This document shows, piece by piece, positions 1 to 9,229 of a stretch of DNA of 54,080 nt. The DNA comes from an uncultured Gammaproteobacteria bacterium (GTDB taxonomy: Bacteria; Patescibacteriota; Microgenomatia; Levybacterales; UBA12049). The stretch is from contig CAZSWA010000009.1 of NCBI GenBank assembly GCA_964610465.1, positions 1 through 54,080 on the forward strand, given 5' to 3'. How positions within the stretch are numbered: position 1 is the first letter of the stretch; each line of letters opens with the position of its first letter. The notes under the pieces were generated by a model. The model did no database searches. It saw only the letters and a list, made by a program, of their open reading frames with translations, and was not told where the DNA came from. Both the position numbers and the translations under genes were made by a program.

Positions 1-91
1 ACTTGCTACTCACGTTACACCTTGTGCCAACTCCTTAAGAATACCCAAAGTCAAGTGCACTATTTCTTGTCGATAAGTTAAACATGCTTGA

Positions 92-226
92 AAACTTGAG
101 AAATGTAAATTTTTCACATACGCTAAATGTAATGATGCAATTCTAGAGTATAAGGAAAGCGGAAATTGGCTGCGGACATTAGCTAACATTAGACCAGCTT
201 TTGCTTCAAATTCCTGTTTGCTATAA
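92..226 (+). pseudogene. Decayed C-terminal fragment of a large serine recombinase
   Basis: Frame 2 reads KLEKCKFFTYAKCNDAILEYKESGNWLRTLANIRPAFASNSCLL*. AILEYKESGNWL aligns with ALLEYQRTRDVL at the end of the LSR at 9230-10804. There are in-frame stops upstream. Confidence 0.5.
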
Positions 227-587
227 TCGCAATTAGCTGTATGTCAAGAGAACATATTCGTCGTGAATTACAAAACTTGGCATGGAGAGCAAAGGACACA
301 ATTCAAAGACTTCAAAATGATGATTAAGAGGATTTGGCCAATATTGTGAAACAAGTTGACTTGCTTTCACAGATGCATCAAAGGCGGTTTTATATACTTC
401 ATCTAATATTATTTTCTCTTCAGAAGATATAAATTGATAATACTAACTTTTGTTAAGGCAAGCACTAGTGTCTCTACCATAAGATCAGCTATTTTATTTC
501 TTTTCATATTTCAGTTCATACATCATATTACCACAAGAGGTTAAAATTCAGAAGAGGCTAATAAGGTTTTCTGAAGCTAAATATTAG

Positions 588-623
588 GTGCTGGCACTGG
601 TTGACTTTGTCGGAACTTTTTAC
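588..623 (+). repeat. att-like half-site (P'-type arm), copy A
   Basis: gtGCtggcactggttgactttgtcgGAACtttttac. It resembles the inverted copies at 5962-5997 and 9152-9187, and GTGCTGG recurs at 10748-10754. Confidence 0.7.
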
Positions 624-707
624 AAAAATAATTTGCAGCAAAGTTTTAGTGATAAGTAACACACTTTAGTATTGACTCTAAAGTCATCTTTTGTATACAG
701 TTAATAT

Positions 708-1454
708 ATGCGGAAAATATTTCTCTTTATTTTGTCTTTAACAATCTTATATTTTTTATTAGCAAATAACATCAACACGTTTGCTTTAGCTTCTCAAAGA
801 GTACCAATAATAACTTATCATTACATCCGTGATTACAATAATGCACAAGACCCAATAGGTATCAGGCTTTCAGTATCTCCCGCTATTTTTGACAAACAAA
901 TGAATTATCTTACATCCCATGGATATACGCCTATTACTCTTGATATGCTCTATGGCATATGGAATGGTCAAGCTCAATCTCCAACAAAACCAGTAGTATT
1001 AACCTTTGATGATGGATATATTGATTTTTACGCTAATGCCTATCCAATTTTAAAAAAATATAATTTCCATGCAGTTTCTTTTGTAGTAACAGGCTTTGTG
1101 GGAAAACCTGCCTATCTTTCCTGGAGCAATATTAAAGAAATGCAGTCATCTAGTCTAATTTCATTTGAAGCACATACAGTAACTCATGCGTATTTACCAA
1201 GATTATCGTATGCAAATATGTTGAATGAGCTACTGCAGAGTAAAACAACACTCCAATCTCAAACAGGTGTGGTTATTAATTTTATTGCCTATCCATATGG
1301 TGCCTCTAATGGGACAGTGCAAAATGCTGCTGCAAAAGCAGGGTTTGTTGGAGGACTTGGAACGTGGGGAGGATATGCGTCGTATAAGAGTATGAACATG
1401 CCACGTTTTTATGCAAAAAACTCATTACAAAGTATTTCTTCACTATTACCTTAA
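708..1454 (+). CDS. Secreted polysaccharide deacetylase (CE4/NodB-like)
   Basis: N-terminal hydrophobic signal; motifs PIITYHYI, LTFDDGY, HTVTH, AYPYG. Confidence 0.92.
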   Translation: MRKIFLFILSLTILYFLLANNINTFALASQRVPIITYHYIRDYNNAQDPIGIRLSVSPAIFDKQMNYLTSHGYTPITLDMLYGIWNGQAQSPTKPVVLTFDDGYIDFYANAYPILKKYNFHAVSFVVTGFVGKPAYLSWSNIKEMQSSSLISFEAHTVTHAYLPRLSYANMLNELLQSKTTLQSQTGVVINFIAYPYGASNGTVQNAAAKAGFVGGLGTWGGYASYKSMNMPRFYAKNSLQSISSLLP

Positions 1455-1489
1455 TACCCTTTAGGGAAAATTTATTTTCAAAGTTATTG

Positions 1490-3514
1490 TTAATTACAAG
1501 CGTGTGTATAAGCATCTAACTTTCTGTTCTTCAATATTCCACTGAACTGTAGTTGTTTTGCTTGTGGACAAAACTTATCTGTTGTCATACCTGTATCTGT
1601 ATATTCTGATGCAAAGACAGGTTTATCACTATATATAAATGGTGTCATGTCACTACACCAGCCCTGTTGAAAACAATCTTCGGTAATTGCAAAATCAAAA
1701 TAGGGAAGTAAGTCATGTACTTGCTCACTATCGTTTTTCAGTCCAATAAGAAGCCCTCGCTTGTGTGCTTCTTGAGAAACCCACTTGTTAAAAGTAAGTT
1801 GGTCGTCATAGGTGAGCGAGAATCCTGTATCTTCCTGGTATCCATGGATATTATCTGGCTCAACAGCGTCAAATCCTTTCTGTTGGCACATATCTAATCT
1901 TTTTTGCAAAATAGGTCCAATAATACTTAACTGCCGAATATCTAGCCATTTTTCTCCAGACCAATTAGTGTAGTCTTTGCCAATAACGCTTTGAGGAAAT
2001 TGACTCGCATCACCTCTCCAATTTTCCCACGAACCCATACTTATGTAGCAAATAACCTTACTTCCTTTTGCATGCAAGGTATTAACTACAGCCATATCAT
2101 TTTTCTCGTAATCTATATCAAATACTTTAGCATCAACTGACGTGTCTACATCACCATCAAGCTGCCATTGCCAAGAAGAACCAATAAGACTACTCCAATT
2201 GGTTTGACTAGTTGGAGAGATTATTGGAGAAATTGAAGGAGTGTTTGCCATTTGTTTATTGCCAAAAATTTGTAGCACATCATTATCATAGGTAATGTGT
2301 CCATCTTGATGCGTTACTCCAAGTCCAAAACAATCATCATATCCCCACAAAGTCCAGCCAATATGATTTTGTTCAAATATATATTTTACGTCTTTTAACC
2401 ACTGAAGTTTAGATTGTCTTGGTGTTTGTTTGCAATACACACCAAATTCACCAACCCAAATAGGTACATTGTTGTTTTTCTTTGACCAGTCAACTGCTCT
2501 TTGAATAAATTTTGCAAGTGTTTCTTTGTTCCATCCTTGGTCACAGTATCCTTGTACTTCATCTCGAGCATTATCGGTAGTTACTTTTGCAAGTACTTGT
2601 TCACAATTTGATGGGTTTTCAGGATACTCTAAGTTTGCAATAGAAGGATATGAATCTCCGCCCCAATCAGCACCCTGATGCGTAAACGCCATTGGTTCAT
2701 AGAAATGGAAAGAATAGATAATATTTTTATCTGTTGATGGTTTTACATTTTCTAACCCTTCAATGCCTCCCCAATTTGCTCCGATTGCAATGATGGTATT
2801 GTCTGGTGCTTGCTGTCTTACTGTTTGAATAAGTTGATTTTGCAACTTCAGCCACTCTTGTTCTTTGCCATCAAAGACAGGTTCATTCAAGAGTTCAAAG
2901 TAAACATTGTTTGTATCAAATTTGGTAAGGTGATTTGAAAAATTTCTCCAGAAAACTAAAAAATCTTGGGCATTCTTCTGATTCTCAAATGTTTTTTGTT
3001 CGTCATGAACATCGACAACAACAGCTATATGATGAGAAAGAATACGTTCAATTGCTTTATCAATAAATGGAAGCATGTGCGTGTTGATTTTTGTCAATGT
3101 AGTTGCGTCAAAAATATATTGAGGAGCAATAGATAAACGAACATGAGTAAAACCATTGTTTTTAATCAAGCTTAAATCATCATCAGTAATATAATTTGCA
3201 AAGTACTTGTCACTCTCATCAAGAGGGAACCGAAACCAGAGTGAAATATCAACACCTCTTTGCAATTTATTTACTCCTGAAGAAACATCTGTAATTTCTT
3301 TTTTATTTATTGTAGAAACATGTTTCATGTTATTTATGTCTGTATATTGGAAGATATAAAAAAATATTGTCATAATTAGAAATAGTAAAAATAAGCTGAT
3401 TAGGCTTAAAATAACAAAAAATTTCTTTTTTTTACTACCTAGAGTGATAGATTCTTTAGAAATAGCGTAGGTATTTTGTGCATTAGGTAATTTGGTAGAT
3501 TCTTTTATCTTCAT
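1490..3514 (-). CDS. Membrane-anchored two-domain glycoside hydrolase (GH5 + GH114-like)
   Basis: TM helix; GH5 motifs HVRL, ELLNEP, SFHFYEP, WVGEFG; Pro/Ser linker; C-terminal WQWQL, VICYISMGSWENWRGDA, GFDAVEPDN, GLKND, ASEY typical of endo-alpha-1,4-galactosaminidase-like GH114. Confidence 0.88.
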   Translation of the reverse strand: MKIKESTKLPNAQNTYAISKESITLGSKKKKFFVILSLISLFLLFLIMTIFFYIFQYTDINNMKHVSTINKKEITDVSSGVNKLQRGVDISLWFRFPLDESDKYFANYITDDDLSLIKNNGFTHVRLSIAPQYIFDATTLTKINTHMLPFIDKAIERILSHHIAVVVDVHDEQKTFENQKNAQDFLVFWRNFSNHLTKFDTNNVYFELLNEPVFDGKEQEWLKLQNQLIQTVRQQAPDNTIIAIGANWGGIEGLENVKPSTDKNIIYSFHFYEPMAFTHQGADWGGDSYPSIANLEYPENPSNCEQVLAKVTTDNARDEVQGYCDQGWNKETLAKFIQRAVDWSKKNNNVPIWVGEFGVYCKQTPRQSKLQWLKDVKYIFEQNHIGWTLWGYDDCFGLGVTHQDGHITYDNDVLQIFGNKQMANTPSISPIISPTSQTNWSSLIGSSWQWQLDGDVDTSVDAKVFDIDYEKNDMAVVNTLHAKGSKVICYISMGSWENWRGDASQFPQSVIGKDYTNWSGEKWLDIRQLSIIGPILQKRLDMCQQKGFDAVEPDNIHGYQEDTGFSLTYDDQLTFNKWVSQEAHKRGLLIGLKNDSEQVHDLLPYFDFAITEDCFQQGWCSDMTPFIYSDKPVFASEYTDTGMTTDKFCPQAKQLQFSGILKNRKLDAYTHACN

Positions 3515-3649
3515 GTCTTTAGTGTGAAATGTAGATGAAGCAAAGTCAACATATACTTGAATTCGTTAGATGAATTTCGAACACAAACAGCTTCTAGAAT
3601 TGCTAAAATATCCAGAACTTATTCACCAACAGTTATCCAAATTCTTAAG

Positions 3650-3940
3650 TTATCGAGTTAGGTTATTATAAATTCTGTTAGCTTCAGTAATGGTCTGATT
3701 AAGTTGGGTTTGTGGATTATTTCTAAAGTTAATAATGTTGTCTTCATTATAGTTAGCCTGTCGATAAAGTATATTTTTAAATAGTTGATTTAATATTTCT
3801 AAAAAATTGCTTTTACCCACACCATTTGGACCAATAAGTATGTTAAGGTTTTTATCAAATGTTATTTTCTGTGCTCTATTTATGTCGTTTTTATCTTCAA
3901 AACTTAATATGTTGGATACTTGGATATAGTTTATTTTCAT
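3650..3940 (-). pseudogene. Truncated ABC/SMC-type ATPase (N-terminal fragment)
   Basis: MKINYIQVSNILSF...NILIGPNGVGKSNFLE (Walker A). Only 96 aa, with no Walker B. Confidence 0.75.
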
Positions 3941-4015
3941 TTTAATTGCTTGCTAGCAATAATAGCACTTTTAAGATGGAATTAGTAGAATAATCAATTC
4001 GAATTGTTTTTGATT

Positions 4016-4627
4016 TTATGATTCCAGTGGGCTTGTTTCTATTCTCCTTTTAGCTTTAAATTTCCAAAAGTAAATAAAAGCAACAAGAGCAACATCACCA
4101 ATAAGACCATAGAATGGTCGTACATAAAGAATGCTCAAGGGTTTTCCAATAAGGGTAAGAATAGTAAATACATAAGCTACTACTGCTACTGTCCATGGGA
4201 GTGGGTCTTCTGAATTAGGTTCTGCTTTAATTTTAAGGATAGTCATGGTTGTTGCAGCAAGGTCAATGATAAGGGTAAGCCAAATGGCAGTAGCATTACT
4301 TTTGGTTATATACCAAATACCTATCGTATAGAGAGTGAAGACAAAGAGCAATCTATCCCATCTAGAGCTATCCCGTATGCCATATTTTAGAGAAAGCAGA
4401 AAAATAATAAGACTTCCTACAAAAAAGGTAAGAGAAATAAGCACGGAAGCTCTACCTCCAGCAAAGTACTGAGAAAAGAAGACAATGCCATTCATAATGA
4501 CAAAAACTAACCAACTCAATTGATGAGGCTTTGTTCGTTTCTTCAAAATGGCTTGAATATATGGAACAGTACAATAAATTGCTAAAGCTGTTGAAAGAAA
4601 TGCAGAGACGCTAATAACTAAGTTCAT
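4016..4627 (-). CDS. Integral membrane protein (PQ-loop-like)
   Basis: About 6-7 hydrophobic segments; PYI..ILK..TKP...SW motif and a second KxxPxSE...W repeat. Confidence 0.7.
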   Translation of the reverse strand: MNLVISVSAFLSTALAIYCTVPYIQAILKKRTKPHQLSWLVFVIMNGIVFFSQYFAGGRASVLISLTFFVGSLIIFLLSLKYGIRDSSRWDRLLFVFTLYTIGIWYITKSNATAIWLTLIIDLAATTMTILKIKAEPNSEDPLPWTVAVVAYVFTILTLIGKPLSILYVRPFYGLIGDVALVAFIYFWKFKAKRRIETSPLES

Positions 4628-4688
4628 AAGCCTATTGTAGCATAGGGATAAACTTCTCTATGGTTTCTACATAGGGCAGCTTTATATA

Positions 4689-5921
4689 TCAAATTATATC
4701 AATTGTATTACCCATCTTTCTAATTTTGTCTCCCATCCTGTATATGATAACTGCCAAAAGTAATCCAGCAAACATTAGTGCAACCATACCAATAATAATT
4801 TCATTGATTAATCCTTTTGCTGTCATATACCCAACTACAGGAGTACCAATGACATACGCAATAGACTCAAGAAAAGAAGCAGCAGAAAGAGTTGTAGCTC
4901 GATGATTCGGATCTATAGCTTTATTTATTTGAGTACTAAGCATTGGTATGTTCACATAAGTTGCAATTTGAAGAATAGTAAGACCGACAAGAGATACTAT
5001 AAGTAAGCTCCCTAAATTTACTCCAATACCAATAGTGCAGATAAGACCTAAAACAAAAATTGTGCCCGGAACGAAAAGTTTTGATGCATATTTTCTCACT
5101 AGAAACAAAGCAAATATGGTAAAAACTAATGCCAAAGATATTGCTGCAGAAATAGAATTAATAGGAAATCCTGCGTGTTGGTATAAAATTGGTCGTAGAA
5201 TTCCTGCTGTAAATACAGAGTATGAGAGTCCTTGAACAAGTAAGTACATTGGCACAATCCAAGCTATTTTGAGTTTAAAGATTTCTTGCACTCCAGATTT
5301 TAATTTGTAGAAGTATGCCTTTATCTCATCTGCTGCTTCAGGTTTTGGTTGAAATCTATCAATAACAGCAAGTTTATATAGAGGTATTAACATAAGGAGA
5401 AAAGTTATTCCTCGAAATAAAAAGGGTAATCTATCAAAATGTGCATAGGCTATACCTCCAATAAATACTGATATTATGAAAGATACTCTAGCAATAATAT
5501 TGTTATTTGTAGTAACTTTATGCCATAAATCCTCTTTTCCATGACTCTTTAAATAGTCATACATCATTGCGTCATCGGCACCAGTTTGAAAAGCAGTTCC
5601 AATGTAATACAGCAAGTCACCTAAAAAAATCATCACCCCAGTTGTTGCCAATCCCCACAGAAAAAAGCCTAGGCCATTGAGAATCACTCCGAGAATTACC
5701 ATGTTTCTTCTACCAAATTTATCTGCCAATGCTCCTGTAGGAATATTTGCCAACATTCCTATACCAAATGTTATGGCTTCAATAACCCCAAAAGTACTAA
5801 TACTAATAAATTTTTCACTAAAAAAAACCAATATTCCAGTAGCGAACCAAGTACCAACAAGAGAATAGTATATGTAATAAAGTCGTATTTGTTTGTTAAT
5901 GTCAGTGACCATTAGAAGCAT
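4689..5921 (-). CDS. MFS transporter
   Basis: 12-TM pattern; MFS motif A GALADKFGRR; C-terminal RATTLS. Confidence 0.92.
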   Translation of the reverse strand: MLLMVTDINKQIRLYYIYYSLVGTWFATGILVFFSEKFISISTFGVIEAITFGIGMLANIPTGALADKFGRRNMVILGVILNGLGFFLWGLATTGVMIFLGDLLYYIGTAFQTGADDAMMYDYLKSHGKEDLWHKVTTNNNIIARVSFIISVFIGGIAYAHFDRLPFLFRGITFLLMLIPLYKLAVIDRFQPKPEAADEIKAYFYKLKSGVQEIFKLKIAWIVPMYLLVQGLSYSVFTAGILRPILYQHAGFPINSISAAISLALVFTIFALFLVRKYASKLFVPGTIFVLGLICTIGIGVNLGSLLIVSLVGLTILQIATYVNIPMLSTQINKAIDPNHRATTLSAASFLESIAYVIGTPVVGYMTAKGLINEIIIGMVALMFAGLLLAVIIYRMGDKIRKMGNTIDII

Positions 5922-5961
5922 TATCTCATGAAATCAAGCAAGGTATAAAGCAGAATTTTGA

Positions 5962-5997
5962 CTATAAAAAGTTCCTACATAGTTCAAAAGAGCCAGC
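5962..5997 (-). repeat. att-like half-site, copy B (inverted)
   Basis: Minus strand reads GCtggctcttttgaactatgtagGAACtttttatag, nearly identical to 9152-9187. Confidence 0.75.
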
Positions 5998-6014
5998 TAC
6001 AGTCGTCCATAATC

Positions 6015-6047
6015 CATAGTCTGATTGGACTATGTGAGAACTTTTGG
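6015..6047 (+). repeat. att-like half-site, degenerate copy C
   Basis: ttggactatgtgaGAACtttt is an inverted match to aaaaGTTCctacatagttcaa at 5967-5987. The GC core is absent. Confidence 0.6.
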
Positions 6048-6066
6048 TATACTTTAGCTAAGCTCC

Positions 6067-6366
6067 ATGCAAAATACAATTCCAAAAGCATTTATTGCAC
6101 TTTTCTTTCTTCTAATCATTTTTGTATGGTCTATAACAGTTTTTCAAAAACAAAAATCCAAATTCTCTCTCATGCAACTTTCTGGTTCAGTATTGTTACT
6201 CTTTGTTGCGCTGTTTCATAGCTTTGAAGAATTTCACTTATTTACTTTTATGCAGTGGGGACAACCGCACAGTATTGGACATTATCTTGACTTCTTCAGT
6301 GCAATCCTTGGCGTGTTGTTTTTCTTAGTTGGAATAATATCTCCTTTGTTTGTTAAGCGAAAATAA
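6067..6366 (+). CDS. Small membrane protein (3 TM)
   Basis: Hydrophobic ORF with H..E....F..MQWG.PHS.GHYLD; TATACT just upstream of the ATG. Confidence 0.75.
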   Translation: MQNTIPKAFIALFFLLIIFVWSITVFQKQKSKFSLMQLSGSVLLLFVALFHSFEEFHLFTFMQWGQPHSIGHYLDFFSAILGVLFFLVGIISPLFVKRK

Positions 6367-6526
6367 AGGTTTAACACGTTTACATTTTCCAGGTATGATT
6401 AATCTCAAAAATTTGCATAGGTGGAAATCTAGATGAGCTAATTATAGCCTAATAATTGTTGTTTTACGAGGTATATGAATTTGAGTTAGTAGAATTTAGG
6501 AGTCTTCCAATTATTCCCGTTACTAT

Positions 6527-7177
6527 TTATATTCTATTTAAGAGTTTATAGCCAATGATAGCCAGTGCTTCGTGAAGAAAGTCCCTATTCGTGAGATTGT
6601 TTTTATCTTGTTCCCAACAAGGGCTATTACTAGCAGGTGATACCGAGTACGTATAATGTAATTTTGATGCTATCAGTTCTGCTCTAGCAATTTGGTAGGG
6701 TTCAGTAACTATGATAACCGAATGCAATCCAGCTTGATTTATTACTTTTTGAGAAAATAAAAAGTTCTCATATGTTGAGGTTGATTTATTTTCCATTAAA
6801 ATAGCTGTTAAAGGAACACCAGCTTTAGTAGCGATATTTTTCATAGTTTCAGCTTCATTTGCGCCATCTTCTTTATCGGTTCCTCCTGACATAAGTATTT
6901 TTGGAGCATAGTGGTCTTTATATAGAGAAACAGCTTGGTCTACTCTGGCAATAAGACAAGGATTTAAATGACGCTTGAGGACAAAGCCCTTTTTTTTGCA
7001 AATGGGACCATAACAGGAAGTACCACCATAAGCAGCACCACCCAAGACTAAGATAACATCTGATTTAACTTTTGTATCTTGTTCTGCCATTTTGTCAACA
7101 TAAAATAACAGTGAAAAAAATAAAAGTAGAGATGATACTGCAATTATCGCAAGCAAAATGAGTAGTTTTTTCCTCAT
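6527..7177 (-). CDS. YdcF/DUF218 (SanA/ElyC-like) family protein
   Basis: N-terminal TM; motifs DVILVLGG, ILMSGG, EAETM, ENKSTSTYEN, IIVT..YQ..RA. Confidence 0.9.
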   Translation of the reverse strand: MRKKLLILLAIIAVSSLLLFFSLLFYVDKMAEQDTKVKSDVILVLGGAAYGGTSCYGPICKKKGFVLKRHLNPCLIARVDQAVSLYKDHYAPKILMSGGTDKEDGANEAETMKNIATKAGVPLTAILMENKSTSTYENFLFSQKVINQAGLHSVIIVTEPYQIARAELIASKLHYTYSVSPASNSPCWEQDKNNLTNRDFLHEALAIIGYKLLNRI

Positions 7178-7307
7178 CTGAAGTTCTATTGTAAATTGAA
7201 ATTATTGAAGATACAAGAGTATGTAGACGTGTATACATAGAAGATACGAAAATACTAAAAAAAGGTATTTCTACCTTCTTTTAGCTGAGATAACAAGAAA
7301 CTTATTG

Positions 7308-7916
7308 TTACTTTGTTCCTGTTGGTTTTACTTTTCTTGCAGGCTGTGAGTTATCTCGAATAGTGGTAGCAGTTACAGTCTTGAGTGTTCTATCCCATAG
7401 ACCGTCTACTTTCACTTTGTCATTTACAACTATGCTTGATAAAGCAAGTGTCATGCCTTTCCTATCAACAATTTTTGTTGTAGAAGTTGTACTAACTGTT
7501 TGCTGACCTCTATTCATTGTTTGTAAAACAAACCCATTACTAGTTAACGAGCTCACAGTACCAACAAAGGTATCATTCTTTTCTTGAATTGACCCGTCAC
7601 GAATGAGTTTTGCAAGAACGGTAGTTTTGCTCGTATCTGTCCATGTACCAGCAACATTAATATGGTCTCCAACAGATACTTGATTAAGAGATGATTGTGC
7701 GCCAAATCGTCTCACAATCTTTGTACTATTATCTGTAGTAATGGTATAACTATGATTTCTATAGCTGACAGTAAGTGAAGGAGCGCTGACTGCGGTTACT
7801 TTGGCACCTGTCATATGCGCTTCGTTATTTGCTGCATAACTTGTAGATACTACGCCTACGCCAAGCATTACAAAAACAAAGACAAAAAAGCTAAGTATTT
7901 TTGTAAAATTTCTCAT
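7308..7916 (-). CDS. Secreted protein with two beta-rich repeats (DUF5666-like)
   Basis: Signal peptide; two repeats of G.V..vs.....T..T...TKIV.R.....L..v.V.D.v.V.G.W; SD GGAGGTG upstream. Confidence 0.75.
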   Translation of the reverse strand: MRNFTKILSFFVFVFVMLGVGVVSTSYAANNEAHMTGAKVTAVSAPSLTVSYRNHSYTITTDNSTKIVRRFGAQSSLNQVSVGDHINVAGTWTDTSKTTVLAKLIRDGSIQEKNDTFVGTVSSLTSNGFVLQTMNRGQQTVSTTSTTKIVDRKGMTLALSSIVVNDKVKVDGLWDRTLKTVTATTIRDNSQPARKVKPTGTK

Positions 7917-8022
7917 CTCATCACCTCCTTTCGGTATCTTTTATAGTAAAACAGAACAATAATCTTAGCAAGCACATCAATAATAATTATGTGTATTTAA
8001 GAGCAATTACGGTGAAAAATGT

Positions 8023-8574
8023 CTATCTTAAACCTAAGAGAAAAAATCCAATACCAAAAATTGCTACTAAAACAGATATATACCAAAATGATTTTCGTCT
8101 AAGAAGTGCACTCATTGCAGAAAGCGCAATTGCAATTTGAAAGAAAGTAACTGAGAGTGCTTCATTATGATGCTTTTCAAGTAACTTATCAGATTCTTTA
8201 TTTTCCTCTGCTGCTTGTTTCTCAAAGTCTTGTGCTTGTTTTTGAATAGCATTTTGTTCTTTAGTATATTTTGTAATGTCAGATTGTAATGTTGTATCTT
8301 TTGATTGTTGGAAGAACGCTTCTGCAAGGTTTTTCTTTATTCCTTTTGCCTGATAATAATTCCATTGGTCTGAAGCTTTTGTTTGATACAATATTGCATT
8401 ATTTTTATGAAGTACAGCTTCATTAGAATAGCTTCCAGACAGCAGTGAGGCAATTGCAGCAAAAACAGCTATTAATGCAGTAGTAATTGCTAAATATTTA
8501 TTCCAGCTTCTTGCATGTTCAGTCACTTCTTCAAGCTTTTCTTTCGTTTCTTGTACGATACTCTCTTCATCCAT
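8023..8574 (-). CDS. DUF4337-like membrane protein
   Basis: AITTALIAVFAAI, ASDQWNYYQAKGIK and FQIAIALSA motifs. Confidence 0.8.
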   Translation of the reverse strand: MDEESIVQETKEKLEEVTEHARSWNKYLAITTALIAVFAAIASLLSGSYSNEAVLHKNNAILYQTKASDQWNYYQAKGIKKNLAEAFFQQSKDTTLQSDITKYTKEQNAIQKQAQDFEKQAAEENKESDKLLEKHHNEALSVTFFQIAIALSAMSALLRRKSFWYISVLVAIFGIGFFLLGLR

Positions 8575-8587
8575 AATAGTAATTGCA

Positions 8588-9022
8588 TTATTTTTTCTTC
8601 TCTAATATTTCAAGAATTTTATCTTGCTGCTCATTGATTTTATATATCTCAGCAGTTAACGTGTGAATTGCCATAAGTGTATCATGGTCATGCTCGGCTC
8701 GAGCATCACTTGCTGCTGCTTGTACATTCTGACCAACAATAATTATTGGAAGTAGTACTAACTGAAGAAATGTTTGAGCAATCCAGGCCACGATAATAAT
8801 TGGGTCATGTGATTTAATGGCTGCAGGTAGTGATATTAATGCTAAAATGGCAAATACATATGCACACCACATTGAACCAACTATTTTTGTAATCAGTACT
8901 GCAAGAAATGTGTTAATTCTTCCTACAGGACTATCTCCATGCACGTTCTTTTGCACATGTTTATTTAAGACTAGTTTGTGCTTATGAGTACGTGCTTTTG
9001 TTAATTCATTACTAGATGTCAT
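8588..9022 (-). CDS. DUF1003-like membrane protein
   Basis: VGSMWCAY, WIAQTFLQLVLLPIIIVGQN; C-terminal coiled coil. Confidence 0.75.
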   Translation of the reverse strand: MTSSNELTKARTHKHKLVLNKHVQKNVHGDSPVGRINTFLAVLITKIVGSMWCAYVFAILALISLPAAIKSHDPIIIVAWIAQTFLQLVLLPIIIVGQNVQAAASDARAEHDHDTLMAIHTLTAEIYKINEQQDKILEILEKKK

Positions 9023-9151
9023 AGTTTAGCTTGCATTTTAACAAATGGATGGGATAGATTCAAGTTAATATTGGGGTTTGAAAGTATTAATAGTGGTTAA
9101 TAAAATATAAATTAGAAAGAATATTTATTCTATCAAGCATATCTATATTCT

Positions 9152-9187
9152 CTATAAAAAGTTCCCACATAGTTCAAGATAGCCAGC
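9152..9187 (-). repeat. att-like half-site, copy D (inverted)
   Basis: Minus strand reads GCtggctatcttgaactatgtggGAACtttttatag, immediately upstream of LSR1. Confidence 0.75.
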
Positions 9188-9229
9188 AAGCTTAGGTTTG
9201 AAACCTGTTGGGCTGACCATCTTGACTGT

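Noticed and set aside
4651-4680. Partial arm-like sequence (minus strand gctgccctatgtagaaac)
   Set aside because: The spacing is wrong and the match is too short to count as a half-site.
588-9187. The roughly 36-bp repeats as a CRISPR array
   Set aside because: They are kilobases apart, in mixed orientation, and no cas genes are present.
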